Assembly (NCBI GenBank): GCA_030390025.1
Contig: CM059432.1
Coordinates: 86,678,001 to 86,742,000 of the forward strand
Origin: Squalus acanthias
Lineage: Eukaryota
Reading direction: 5' to 3'
DNA length: 64,000 nt
The position numbers and the translations under genes were made by a program. The notes under the pieces are model-generated. The model did no database searches. It had not been told where the DNA came from and worked only from the letters and a program-made list of their open reading frames with translations. Position 1 is the first letter of the stretch. Each line of letters starts with the position of its first letter. Shown in pieces: positions 39,075 to 51,191 of the stretch.

Positions 39075-40554
39075 AAATCATAGAATGGTTACAGCATGGA
39101 AGGCGGCCATTCGGCCTGTCGAGCCCGTCCTGACTCTCTGTAAGAGCACTTCAGCTAGTCCCACTCCCCCACCCTTTCCCCGTAGCACTGCAAAATTTTT
39201 TCCTTCAGGTACTTATCCAACTCCCTTTTGAAAATCGTGATTGAGTCTGCCTCCACCACCCTTTCAGGCACTGCATTCCAGATCCTTGAGTTTTTCCTCA
39301 TGTCGCCTTTGGTTCTTCTGCCATTCACCTTAAATCTGTGTCCTCTGGTTCTCGACCCTTCTGCCAATGGGAACAGTTTCTCTCTATGTATGCTGTCCAG
39401 ACCCCTCATGATTTTGAACACCTCTATCAAATCTCCTCTCAATCTTCTCTGCTCTAAGGAGAACAACCCCAGCTTCTCCAGTCTATCCACACAACTGAAG
39501 TCCCTCATCCCTGGAATCATTCTCGTAAATCTTTTCTGCACCCTCTCTAAGGCCTTCACATCCTTCCTAAAGTGCGGTGCCCAGAATTGGACACAATACT
39601 CCAGTTGAGGCCGAACCAGTGTTTTATACCTGTTCATCATAATTTCCACATTTTTGTACTCTATACCTCTATTCATGAAGCCCAGGATCCCATAAGCTTT
39701 TTTAACTGCTTTCTCAACCTGCCCTGCCACCTCCAACGATTTGTGCACATATACCCCTAGGTCTCTCTGTTCATGCACCCACTTTAGGATTGTACGCCCT
39801 TTAGGATTGTACCCTTTAGTTTATATTTCCTCTCTTCATTCTTTCTACCAAAATGCATCACTTCGCACTTTTCTGCGTTAAATTTCATCTGCCACGTGTC
39901 CGCCCATTCCACCAGCCTGTCTATGTCTTCTTGCAGTCTATCACTATCCTCCTCACTGTTCACTATACTTCCAAGTTTAGTGTCATCTGCAAATTTTGAA
40001 ATTGTGCCCTGTACACCCACATCCAAGTCATTAATATATATCAAGAAAAGCAGTGGTGCTTGAACCGACCCTTGAACACCACTGTATACCTTCCTCCTGT
40101 CTGAAAAACAACCGTTCACCACTACTCTCTGTTTCCTGTCACTTAGCCAATTTTGTATCCATGCTGACACTGTCCCTTTTATTCCAAGGGCTTCAACTTT
40201 GCTGGCAAGCCTATTATGTGGCACTTTGTCGAACGCCTTTTGGAAATCCATGTGCACCATGTCAACCACATTGTCCTAATCAACCCTCTCTGTTACCTCA
40301 TCAAAAAACTCGATCAAGTTGGTTAAACATGATTTGACTTTAACAAATCCGTGCTGGCTTTCCTTAATTAATCCACACTTGTCCAAGTGACTGTTAATTT
40401 TTTCCCCTGATTATTGTTTCTAAAAGCTTCCCCACTACCGAGGTTAAACTGACTGGCCTGTAGTTGCTGGGTTTATCTTTACACCCTTTTTTGAACAAGG
40501 GTGTAACATTTGCAATTCTCCAGTCCTCTGGCACCACCCCCGTTTCTAAGGAGG
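39075..40554 (-). mobile_element. CR1 LINE RT and 3' end, about 23 nt from a stau2 donor site
   Basis: [31 protein letters not shown]; homology ends at about 40554. Confidence 0.93.
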
Positions 40555-40577
40555 TGTACCAGTAAATGCACCAGTAC

Positions 40578-40737
40578 CTGGATTATTATTCATAATTGTT
40601 TTTGGTGGCCGTGGGGATGGTTTTGGGAGAGCAGTCTCATTCAATGCTTTGGCTGCAGCAGCATGTTGAGCCTTTTTAATACTGCTTCCTTCTGCTTCCC
40701 AGGTTTGATCTCCAAGGGTCAACTGTACAGTGAAGAT
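40578..40737 (-). CDS. stau2: Staufen homolog 2, coding exon (rest of dsRBD1 and linker), 160 nt, phase 0 to 1
   Basis: cttttcatgcag|ATC...CCAG|GTACTG; encodes IFTVQLTLGDQTWEAEGSSIKKAQHAAAAKALNETALPKPSPRPPKTIMNNNP(G); continues the previous exon in frame. Confidence 0.96.
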
Positions 40738-41994
40738 CTGCATGAAAAGAAAATCAAAATCAATTACGTCAATGATTGGGGTTTACCATTTTCTATAAAC
40801 ATCTTAAATGGTCCATCAGAGCTTAACACAGCAATCTCACCAGGGCATATACAAAGTGTCTCCAAATCCTACATTTTTTCATCTACCTTTTCAATAAAAA
40901 GATTCTTTATCTATTTCACAGAATTAAACTACAAAGAGCCAGATACTTTTAGAAGTAGAAGTTAGTTTCCAATTAATATTCACAGAACATAATTCTTGTC
41001 CTTGATCATTCTCTGCATAAATAATTGGTTTTAAACTATTTCAAATTTTGCATTGTGTTGAAATAACCTGTGTATGCAAAGTATTCTCCATTTGTTAAAT
41101 ACAGCAATGTGATGAAATAGATGTTTCAAAGGAAAGGCTAGCTAAATGATATGTTGAGCTACTGAAAATCAGTTTCTACCCAACTTATGAAACCAAGGCT
41201 TTAGTTACATATCATGCAACTCAGATCACGCCAGGTTTTTTTTCAAAATGTACTGTTTAAGCTACATTTACCTCCTATCAGGACAGTTCTGATTATCAAT
41301 AATGAACCGTGCATGCTCACAATACCCACAGTTCACATCACCTGTTACTAGCGGCAAGCTCCAAGCAAGTCAAATTCAGGTCTGAAACAAAGCCAATTTA
41401 CATAACTGAATCTAGAAGCATCAGACCTATTAAAAATAAGGTGCCACGCACATTGAGACAATTTAACAATATTTGTCTGCGTGCTGGATAGGCACCACCA
41501 TTTTCAAAGTGTTTAGACATTCATACTTTGTTGGCTTTTGCCAGTACCTAAAAGGGAATTATTATCCAGTAAGTGCTCCTTTTCCTTAAGATATTTTGAT
41601 TAGTTGTGTTGAGATTTCCCCAATCCTATACACCCACAGTGTTAGTTTTTGTGGTGATCTCTATATTAATTTGGCGGTATTTGTGGGCTACCAAGACTGA
41701 AAACCACCATATAAATCCCTCTAATGGCACCAGAGATTTAATAAAACCTCTACTGTTGAACTGGCTTTCAAATGCAAGTAAAATATAAAAAAAGCAATGG
41801 AAGGCAATGAGGGGAAAAAATGGTTGCAGTCCTGCAGATTTCATTCCAAACTGTTGATTGAGGGATAAATGTTGACCAAGATACCAGGAAAATTCCCCTG
41901 CTCTTCTTCAAATAGTGCCATAGGGTAGCACCAGAATAAATCACACTTAAAAATCGTACGTTACATAAATTATCATTACACCTTATAATTAGTA

Positions 41995-43075
41995 GAAAAG
42001 CAAAATACAATGGATGCTGGAAATCTGAAATAAAAACAGAAAGTGCTGGAAATACACAGCAGGTCAGGCAGCATCTGTGGCGAGAGAAACAGAGTTAACG
42101 TTTCAGGTCGATGACCCTTCGTCAGAACTGGAAAAGTTAGAGATATAACAGGTTTTAAGCAAGTGCAGAGGCAGGGAAAGGGGGAAGGGGAGAAAAGAAC
42201 AAAAGGGAAGGTCTGTGATAGGGTGGAGGGCAGGAGAGATTAAATGGCAAATGGTATGATTGTACAAGGCAAAAGGAGATGGTAATGAGACAAGTAAAGC
42301 AACAAAAGATGGGTCTAGAAGAGGTGTAAATGTTGAGTCCAGGAGGCTGTAAAGTGCCTAATCGAAAGATGAGGTGCTGTTCCTTGAGCTTATGTTGTGC
42401 TTCATTGGAACAGTGTAGGAGGCCGAGAACAGAGATGTCAGAGTGGAAGTGGAATGGAGAATTAAAGAGACAGGCGACCGGAAACTCGGGATCACGCTTA
42501 CGGACTGAATGGAGGTGTTCTGCAAAGCGGTCATCCAATCTGCGTTTGGTCTCCCCAATGTAGAGGAGACCGCATTGTGAGCAGTGAATACAGTATACTA
42601 AATTGCAAGAAGTACAAGTAAATCACTGTTTCACCTGGAAGGAGAAGCCCTGGATGGTGGGAAGGGAGGAGGTAAAAGGACAGGTGTTGCATCTCCTGCA
42701 CTTGCACAGGAAGGGGAGAGGGTGTTGGGGGTGATTGAGGAGTGGACCAAGGTGTCACGAAGGGAACAGTCCCTTCGGAATGCTGAAAGGGGAGGGGAGG
42801 GGAAGATGCGTTTGGTGGTGGGATCACGCTAGAGGTGGCAGAAATTGCGGAGGATGATCCGTTGAATGTGGAGGCTGGTGGGGTGGAAGGTGAGGACAAG
42901 GGGAACCCTATCGTGGTTCTGGGAGGGAGGGGAAGAGGTGAGAGCAGAAGTGCGGGAAATAGAACAGACACGGTCGAGGGCGCTGTCCACCATGGTAGTG
43001 GGGAATCCTCGGTTGAGGAAAAAGGAAGACCTATTGGAAGCACTAGTATGGAAGGTGACATTGTCAGAACAGAAT
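41995..43075 (-). mobile_element. 5'-truncated Penelope-like retroelement (GIY-YIG remnant and 3' terminal repeat)
   Basis: Minus-strand translation gives LVYCI.CSQCGLLYIGETKRRL.DRFAEH...KEQHLIFRLGTLQP.GLN, typical of the Penelope GIY-YIG endonuclease; frameshifted. Confidence 0.88.
42093..42129 (-). ncRNA. Minimal type I hammerhead ribozyme motif (Penelope type)
   Basis: Minus strand AGUU-CUGACGA-AGGGUC-AUC-GACCU-GAAAC-GUU-AACU, downstream of the GIY-YIG remnant on the same strand. Confidence 0.72.
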
Positions 43076-45400
43076 TTCCTGGTGATGGTGTTCCCATGAC
43101 ATTGCTGCGCTTGTCCTTCTCAATGGTAGAGGTCACAGAACTGGGAGGTGCTGTTGAAGTAAGTTTGGTGAGTTGCTGCAGCGCATCCTGTAGATAGCAC
43201 TTACTGCAACTACCGTGAACCGATGGTGTAAAGGAATGATGGTGGAGTTCAGTAACAGAGTGCAAATCAAGCAGACTTTGTCCTGGATGGTGTTGAGCTT
43301 CTTGAATGTTGCTGCAGTTGCAGCCATCCAGGCGAGTTGCTTGGTGAAGAGACATTCAGGTGGTGAGCCTCTGTCCCGCTCTTATAGCCATGGTGCTGAT
43401 ATAGCTTATATGGCAGTTAAGTTTCTTGTCAATGGTGATCCCCAGGATGTTGATGGCGGTGTCTAGGCAATGGTGGTGCCATTGAAGGCCAGGCCAGAGG
43501 TGGTTGGGCCTTTTCGGGTTAGAATGGTCATTGACTTAACACTTATTTGGCATGAATATTATCTGCCACTTATCTGCCCAAGCCTGGATGCTGTCCAGGT
43601 GCTGCTGCATTACCGGAGGAATTGTGAACTGTGCTAAACACTGTGGCATCATCATTGAACAGTCTCACTCCTAACCTTCTGACAGAGGGAAAGTCACTGA
43701 TGAACCAACTGAAGGTGGTTTGAGGAAGTTGCAGAAGCAATGTTCTAGGGCTGCCATGAATAGCCTCCAACAACCACAATCATCTTCCTGTATGTCAGGT
43801 ATGACTCCAGACAATGGAGGGTTTTTTCATCGACCACTATTGAGCTCAGTTTGCTAGGACTCCTTGGTGCCATTTTCAGTCAAATGTTGCTTTGATGTTG
43901 AGGGCAGCCATTCTCACCTCTGTTCTGGCATTCAGCTCTTGCATCCATGTCTGAACAATGTTTTGTTAAGGTCAGGACTCAAATGGTTCTAGCAGAACCC
44001 AAACTGAGCATCGGCGAGCAGGTTATTGGTGAAACTTGATTGCATTATTGATTACTTATTTCATTAATTTGCTGATGATTGGATGAAGCCTGGTCAGACA
44101 GTAATAGGCCAGGTTATATATATCCATTTTGTCATAGCTGCACTGGAATATCTTGGCTCGGGGACTGGCTAGCTCTGCTGCACAGGTCTTCAGCACTCCA
44201 GTCGGAATGTTACCAGGGCACATAGTCTTTGCTGCATATATGTACTCAGCTGCTTCTTAATATCAGATGAAATGAAGCACATTGGCTCGACAATGGCATC
44301 TAAGATGGTGCGGTCCTTGGAAGGAAGCCGAGTAGGAGCTACTACTTGCCACTTAAGGCTGAAGACACTTGCAAACAGCTTTGTTGCTCTGCCATGGTTG
44401 AGGATAGGGATGTCCACTGAGCCTCCTCTTCCTGTTATTTACCAGGTTTCCTCCCACCATTCTTGACTGATATAGTAACATTACAGAGCTTTGTTCTAAT
44501 CTGTTGATTGTGGGACACTTAGCTTTGTCTATAACCAGCAGCTTTTGTTGATTAGGATGCAGGTATCCCTATATTGTAGCTTCACTAGCTTTGTGCCACA
44601 TTCTATGGTATGCCTGGTGCTTCTCCTGGCATGACCTTCTACAATCCTCTTTGAACCAGGGCTGATCTCCCAGCTTGATGGGGATTAAGGAGTGAGGGAT
44701 GTGTCAGACCATGAAGTTATAGATTGTGGTGGTATACAATTCTGCTGATGGTCCACAGCACCTCATCAATGCCCAGTTCTGTCCTTAGTCTATCCCACTT
44801 ATTGCTACACTACACAATGGAGAATGCTCTCACTGTGAAGGTGAAACTTTGTCTTCACAAGGATTGTATAGTGGTGATTTCTGTCATTGCTATTGCAAAA
44901 AAACATGTCTGTGACAGGACAAAGTCAAGAAAGTTATTCCTTTGTGTTAGTTCCCTCACCACCGGACACGGGGCTAATCTGGCAGCTATGTCTTTCAGAA
45001 CTTGGTCAGTGGACTGCGTTACCCAGAGTACATTTTGTGCTTCCTCCAAGTAGTGATCAATATGGAGGAGTACTGATTTGTCAGTTGACCAGAGTGGGGG
45101 CTTGGGGCGGGGGGGAAAGAGGGCTGTAGATGGTAATCAGCAGGGTTCCTTAGCCTTGTTTGACCTGAAGGGATAAGACTTCATGAGTCTATGTTAAGGA
45201 CTCCCAGCCAACTATCAAGCATCCGCAATATCTTGCTTTTGAATACCACTACAGTCTGATGGGTCTATCTTGCCAGTGGGCCAGGACAAACTCAAACATG
45301 GTGATGGAGAAGTTTGGGATGTTAGTTGATAGATATTATTCTGTGAGTACGACTATGTTAGGCTTGCCTACCTTGGTAGGCAACTTGGGCACCAGTTCCC
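43076..45400 (-). mobile_element. Degraded non-LTR retrotransposon (clade not assigned)
   Basis: RT-like LFNDDATVFS, endonuclease-like ELTQRNNFLDFVL; same family as 52742-53610. Confidence 0.65.
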
Positions 45401-45429
45401 AGAGGAGGACAAATTTGCATGGTTAGCAA

Positions 45430-46680
45430 TGTCTTGGCTCCTGGTCCGGCAATGCCTCGATTTTAAAATTCTCATCATTGTTTTCAAATCTCTCCATGGC
45501 TTTGCCCCTCCCTATCTCTGTAATCTCCTCCAGCCCTATAACACTTTCAAATCTCTTCACTCCTCCAATTCTGGCCTCTTGCGCATTACCGATTTCAATC
45601 ACTCCACACCTTTGGTGGCTGTGCCTTCAGCTGCCGAGCCCTAAGCTCTGGAAATCCCTCTCTAAACCTCTCTGCCTCTCTACCTCTCTTTCCTCCTTTA
45701 AGATGTTTCTTAAAACCTACCTCTTTGACCAAGCTTTTGGTCATCTGCCCTAATATCTCTTTAGGTGACTCGGTGTCAATAGTTTGTTTCATAGCACTCC
45801 TGTGGTGCGCTTTACTACATTAAAGGCACTATATAAATGCAAGTTGTCGTTGTCAGATATTTGTCTAATATTCTATTTTGTAGCAGTTGTTCTACAACTG
45901 GGTACCTTGCTGGGACCACTTCAGAGGGCATTAAGAGTCAACCACATCTTCTGGGTCTGGAGTAACTTGAAGGTCAGAATGGGGAGTGGCATGTTCCCTT
46001 TCTTGAAGAACATTATTGAACCACTTGGATTTTTAGGGCAATCTAGCAATTTTCTGAATTAAATTTTGTAACATGTCGTGATTTGAACTCTCAATCGCGG
46101 CTGCTAGTCCAGTACCATAACCGGTTTGTGCCTTTAACGTAGAAAAATGCCTCAAGGCACTTCACAAAGGCACAAGGAAAATTAGGTGGGTTTTAAGGAC
46201 AGTCTTAAACAAGGAGAAGGAGGTAGAGGAGCAAGGGATTTAATAACGGAATTCCAGAGCGTGCAGCCTAGGCAGCTGAAAGCACGCTGCGAATGGTGGG
46301 GTGAAGTGAAGTGAAGAGGGGGATACACAAGTGGCTAGAGTTAAAAAAACAGATGGTTGGGCTACAGGAGATTATAGAGATAGGGAGAGACAAGGCAATG
46401 AAGGAATTTAAACATAAGGATGAGAATTTTAAACTTAAGACGTTGGGGGAATGGGAGCCAATGTAGGTCAGCAAGAACAGGGGTGATGGGTGAGTGGGAC
46501 TTGGGGCAGGATAGGATAACACACAGTAGAGTTTTGGATGAGCTAAAGTTTATCAGGATGCAGGATGGGAGGTTGGCCAAGAGAGCCCTGGAATAGTTGA
46601 GTCTGGAGATGATAAAAGCATGAATGTGGGTTTCAGCATCAGATGGGCTAAGGTAGGGGCGGAGGTGGTAATTAGCCTGG
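45430..46680. mobile_element. Two L2 3' fragments in opposite orientation (about 45430-45850 plus; 46130-46680 minus)
   Basis: HWL....FKIL...FK.LHG.AP.YL motifs; L2 tail ggcactatataaatgcaagttg. Confidence 0.8.
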
Positions 46681-46767
46681 GAATTACACTGAGGAATAAC
46701 ATACAAAAACTCTTAACAAGTCCATATTGATTTTTTCCCCACTATTTTAATAGCAGCATTATCCTAT

Positions 46768-47172
46768 CAGTGTTAGTTTGGTTCAGTTGGTAGCACTCTC
46801 ACCTGAGTCAGAAAACTGTGGGTTCAAGCCCCACTATAGCCGCAGCACATAATCTAGACCAAGACTGCAGCATTCTCTCAGTACTGCCCTGAATTGTCGG
46901 AGGTGCCGTCCTTCAAATGTCTAAACAATCTCGTCTGTCCTTTCAGGCGCATATAATAGATCCTAGGACACTACTCAAGGAAGAGCACCTCTAGCATCCG
47001 TGTTAACACACATCTCGCGTCCTTCATTTCATTGCTGTCTCTGGGACCTTGCTGTGCGCAAACAGGCTGCCACATTTATCTATAAAAACAGTGACTACAC
47101 TTCAGAAAGAATTAATTTGCTCTGAAACTCTCTGAGGACATGAAATGCGCTATGTAAATGCTAATTCTTTCT
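46768..47172 (+). mobile_element. Diverged Deu-domain SINE
   Basis: tRNA-like head, ggaggtgccgtc core, gcgctatgtaaatg tail. Confidence 0.72.
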
Positions 47173-47574
47173 TAAAACCAAGGGGCAATTCTCATGTTAA
47201 AATAGCAGACAGAGGAATTTGAAACAAACGTGCTAAGCATTCATATGATAATATCGCTCAGTGTAATTTCCAGGTAATACAGGAAACTTTCGTTTATCCG
47301 GCATCGACGGGACCGGCGTGGTGCCGGTTTATCGAAAGTACCGGATAACGGAGAGTTATATCTACCGAGGCTATTTTTAACATAAAAAAATCAAGAAATG
47401 TGCAGTATACAGTATTTGGGTACTCACCTACAGAATGTTGTGTTAAATGGATAGTGGAAGATGCTTGATTAAGTACAGTACTGCCAGTTGAGGGTAATCC
47501 ATAACTCTTTAATTACTTAACAGTAAAACAAAACTTATAAACGACTGTCTACAGTACTGTAGTTGACTGTACAC

Positions 47575-49347
47575 TTATTCCGAGTCATCTGGTTCATCAG
47601 AAATATCCGTATCCGTGCCAGCTGGGTCATCAGGATCACGCAGTTCCACCGATGCCACAGATTCTTCAGGCACTTCCACTGCTGCGACTCTTTTGGAAGC
47701 TTTCTTAAACATGTTGCGGATGTCGGTTTGCTTAGTGGACTCTTGCCTTTTCTGTAGAAAGGTGGAATGCAGAATATGGAGTTGCATAACTTCTTGTGCA
47801 GTGTAGCAATTCTGCCTTTCAGCAAATTTGAGGATTGTAGAAAATCCTTCTGCAGCTTTAGCCCAAGAAATCTTCTCTTCTTCAGAAATCTCATCCTCTT
47901 CACTTTCCATCTCGCTTTCCTTTTCTTTCTTTGGATTCAAAACATTCTCAATTATTTCATCATCACTTAGCATATGCACAACACCAACTTCTCTATCTGC
48001 ATCAACCCACTGCTCGATATCACTTTCACTGAGGTGACGTAGAGGGTTTGCTGCGCCTGCATTTTTCACCATTCCAGCCATTTCCATTATTGTACTCTTC
48101 TTGGGACGAACACTGAACCCATGAAATTCCTCCTCTGAAGAAGAACCTTCAGCAAACATTACAGAAGGCCACAATTTGCGCCAGGCTTGCCTCAGAGTGT
48201 GACCTTTCACCAATTTCCAGGAACATGCAACATTATAGATGGCATCTTTAATATTGTATTCCTTCTGCAATTCTTGAATATTGTCATCTTGGCTTATCAG
48301 TTTACGTAGGAAGTCTTTCTTGTAATGACACTTCAGATTTTGGATAACGCCCTGGTCCATGGGTTGGATGAGAGAAGTTACATTTGGTGGCAAATAAATG
48401 GTGAAAATATTTCCCGAAACCAACTGGGATTCATGCGGATGGGCTCTGCAATTATCAAGCAATAAAATGCATTTGCTATCTTCAGGTTTCCCTATTTTGC
48501 GGAAATGTTCCCTCCTAGATGGACCAAAAATATGATGGAACCAATCGGAGAAGATTTCCTTATCCATCCAAGCATTTTTTTGAGCTTTGTACTCAACAGG
48601 TAAGTGCCTCACATTTTTAAATGCACGGGGATTTTTATACTTCCCGATAACAAGAAGTTTAACCCGGTGTGATCCAGCAGTGTTCGCACATGTTAGCACG
48701 GTTACACAATCTTTATTTTTCTTGCAACCTGAAGTATTAGCCTCACTAGCCCCAGCAAGCGTTGATTCTGGCAAAAACCTCCAAAACAAGCCAGTTTCAT
48801 CGGCATTGTATATCTGTGCTGGCGACAAATCATGTTGCTGCACAATCCGATTGAAATAATCGCAGTATTCTTCTGCGGCTTCGTGATCAGCTGATTTCTT
48901 CTCCCTGGAAATATCGAGTCGTCGTATCCCGTGCCGTAACTTGAAGCACGTTAGCCATCCATCGGAGAAAGCACACTTGTCAGTGAGCTCCATCCTTACA
49001 TAGAAATCCTTCGCTTTCTCGATTAGCATGGGTCCGGAAATTGGAACACCCTCTGAACGCTTAAGAGAAAACCATTCACAAAGCACGGTATCCAGCTCTT
49101 CAAGCTTAGGCTTACGAAGCGTACGCTGTTTCTCTACACTCTTGCATGTCTCCGAGCTTGAATAAAACTTGAGCAGCTTATCCTTCTGCGATTTGATGTC
49201 GTAGATTGTTGACGAACCGATTTTGAATTCATTCATAATGTTGATACGCTTCTCTCCCCTTTCTAGTCGTTGGCATATCTCGATTTTCTGTTTTAAAGTT
49301 AAGACCACTCTCTTCCTTTTGCTTGGACCAGCTTTTGGGAATTCCAT
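47575..49347 (-). CDS. Tigger/Jerky/CENP-B-like DDD transposase, 590 aa from first ATG
   Basis: N-terminal HTH ([14 protein letters not shown]), CENP-B-type HTH (WF...GPMLIEKA...SDGWL..FK.RHG), catalytic [19 protein letters not shown] with 32 residues between the 2nd and 3rd Asp, acidic C-terminal tail; no stops or frameshifts. Confidence 0.95.
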   Translation of the reverse strand: MEFPKAGPSKRKRVVLTLKQKIEICQRLERGEKRINIMNEFKIGSSTIYDIKSQKDKLLKFYSSSETCKSVEKQRTLRKPKLEELDTVLCEWFSLKRSEGVPISGPMLIEKAKDFYVRMELTDKCAFSDGWLTCFKLRHGIRRLDISREKKSADHEAAEEYCDYFNRIVQQHDLSPAQIYNADETGLFWRFLPESTLAGASEANTSGCKKNKDCVTVLTCANTAGSHRVKLLVIGKYKNPRAFKNVRHLPVEYKAQKNAWMDKEIFSDWFHHIFGPSRREHFRKIGKPEDSKCILLLDNCRAHPHESQLVSGNIFTIYLPPNVTSLIQPMDQGVIQNLKCHYKKDFLRKLISQDDNIQELQKEYNIKDAIYNVACSWKLVKGHTLRQAWRKLWPSVMFAEGSSSEEEFHGFSVRPKKSTIMEMAGMVKNAGAANPLRHLSESDIEQWVDADREVGVVHMLSDDEIIENVLNPKKEKESEMESEEDEISEEEKISWAKAAEGFSTILKFAERQNCYTAQEVMQLHILHSTFLQKRQESTKQTDIRNMFKKASKRVAAVEVPEESVASVELRDPDDPAGTDTDISDEPDDSE

Positions 49348-49386
49348 AATGCAAGATGGAGGAGATAATTGCCGATGAAGATGGAA

Positions 49387-49795
49387 AGACACACAGAACA
49401 ATGGTGGCTAGGAAGAGACTACCAGCAGCGTGGCAGACACACAGTAAAATGGTGTATCAGAAGAGACTACAGTACCAGCAGCGTGGCAGACACACAGCAA
49501 AATGGTGTATCAGAAGAGACTACAGTACCAGCAGCGTGGGAGACACACAGCAAAATGGTGTATCAGAAGAGACTACAGTACCAGCAGCGTGGCAGACACA
49601 CAGTAAAATGGTGTATCAGAAGAGACTACAGTACCAGCAGCGTGGGAGACACACAGCAAAATGGTGTATCAGAAGAGACTACAGTACCAGCAGCGTGGGA
49701 GACACACAGCAAAATGGTGGATCAGAAGAGACTACCAGCATCGTGGGAGACACCCAGCAAAATGGCCGATCCGAAGAGACTCCAGGCAGCGCGGG
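49387..49795. repeat. 53-bp tandem minisatellite inside the Tigger 5' leader
   Basis: Unit starts (agacac) at 49387, 49435, 49488, 49541, 49594, 49647, 49700, 49748: periods 48,53,53,53,53,53,48. Confidence 0.93.
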
Positions 49796-49921
49796 AGAAT
49801 CAAATCCTGCTACTGCAATGTTTCGGACTTGCAACAGCGCCAGGAGGCCGAGTAGTGGCACTTTTGAAAAGTACCCCTACTGACTAAATCGGCGTTCGCG
49901 GACTCGGACTCGGACTCGGGA

Positions 49922-50030
49922 TCGGCAACATTGCCGGTTATTTGAGAGGAGTTTTCGGAGCACTTGGCGTTCGCGGAGACTCGACTGCGACTCGGCAACA
50001 TTGCCGGTTATTTGAGAGGAGTTTTCGGAG
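49922..50030. repeat. Subterminal 39-bp direct repeat pair in Tigger
   Basis: tcggcaacattgccggttatttgagaggagttttcggag at 49922-49960 and 49992-50030; contains TGCCGGTTA resembling the inner TIR motif TGCCGGATA. Confidence 0.88.
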
Positions 50031-51191
50031 GATGATTTTTGCCGGTTAAGCGAAAATTCCGGATATTTGGGTGCCGGATAAACGAAAGTTTCCTGTAATG
50101 GTTTATGAATATTTAGATAAAAATTACTGGAATCTTTCAACAAGCAAGCTTTACAGATACACAAATGGGACACATGGACATTCTTCCCATTATCAAAATT
50201 AGTACAATATTAGATAACAGAAAGTCACGGTAAAATCTAGTGAGGCATTTAAATTATTGACCAGATAAGTTACACCTTCTGGACACAGGTACAGAGATAT
50301 AAACAGTTTTTCAAAAGAATCCACTGAGGCTTTATCACTTCTGAGTTTGATGTTATCTCCTCCTATTATACACAGATGACAAACTGAAAACCATTATTTG
50401 TATGACACTTTAGGAAGGAGAGTCAGTGCAGTGTGTTGAGGGGATTGGGAATGCTCGTATTGAAATTGTTTAACGAAACAAAGTTGAGAGGAATCCTTGG
50501 GCACAATGAGCCTGATCAGAGGAAATCTTTCACCAAGTTGATAGAGAGTTTTAAAGCCAATTGAAGTTTAATACTCAAAGACAATGTTTAATTATTTGAA
50601 TTTGCATACAGTGACGGCAGGGCCATATTAAAGGAACTCAGAGGCTGATGAGAACGTGTCATTTATTAAATTTGGTTAAAATCAGTAAAATTTGAATCTG
50701 AAAAAATTGTATACAAGTGGACAAGTCATAACTTAAATGGCCACTGCTTTTTAGGGGAGATGGGGAGAATTAATTTAAATGTTTTCTACTAATTGATGTG
50801 CACTTAATTGAACTTAAGAGGAGGGAAAAACAACTGGAAATAAACTACTAGAAAAACACTATAACCATCCAAAGATCTATACATCCATCACAAAGTCAAG
50901 TATCTATTCACTGATAATGGTGCATTTAATTTGAGACATATCAGATCACACAGATAAAAGCGTGCCTTGCATTAATGTCCTTATTCATTTTACAAGACCA
51001 TCTAGAAGTCAAGATTATTTCATCTTCAATATTCAATTATTAGACAATGGCACCAAGATCACGATAACAGAATTATAAAAGGGGAAATCCTGGATTGAAT
51101 GAGTATTACTTTCTAAATCAATATGCAAAGAGAAGTAATGCTACAAAATTCTAATAAAAACTTTAAAAAAAAAATGCTATTCAACTATTAC

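Larger units (their letters stand above)
47280..50095 (-). mobile_element. Full-length Tigger/pogo (Tc1-mariner superfamily) DNA transposon, 2816 bp
   Basis: Perfect 24-bp TIRs CAGGAAACTTTCGTTTATCCGGCA (47280-47303; 50072-50095), TA on both flanks (47278-79, 50096-97), single long transposase ORF. Confidence 0.97.

Noticed and set aside
47575..49401. Domesticated TIGD/JRK host gene
   Set aside because: Perfect TIRs and TA TSD indicate a transposon copy rather than an old domesticated gene.
49387..49795. Regularly spaced repeats resembling a CRISPR array
   Set aside because: No unique spacers; whole units repeat, context is eukaryotic and there are no cas genes. It is a minisatellite.
49356..49887. 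Plus-strand ORFs of 172-175 aa with repeated peptides
   Set aside because: Artefact of the 53-bp array cycling through frames, antisense to the transposase.
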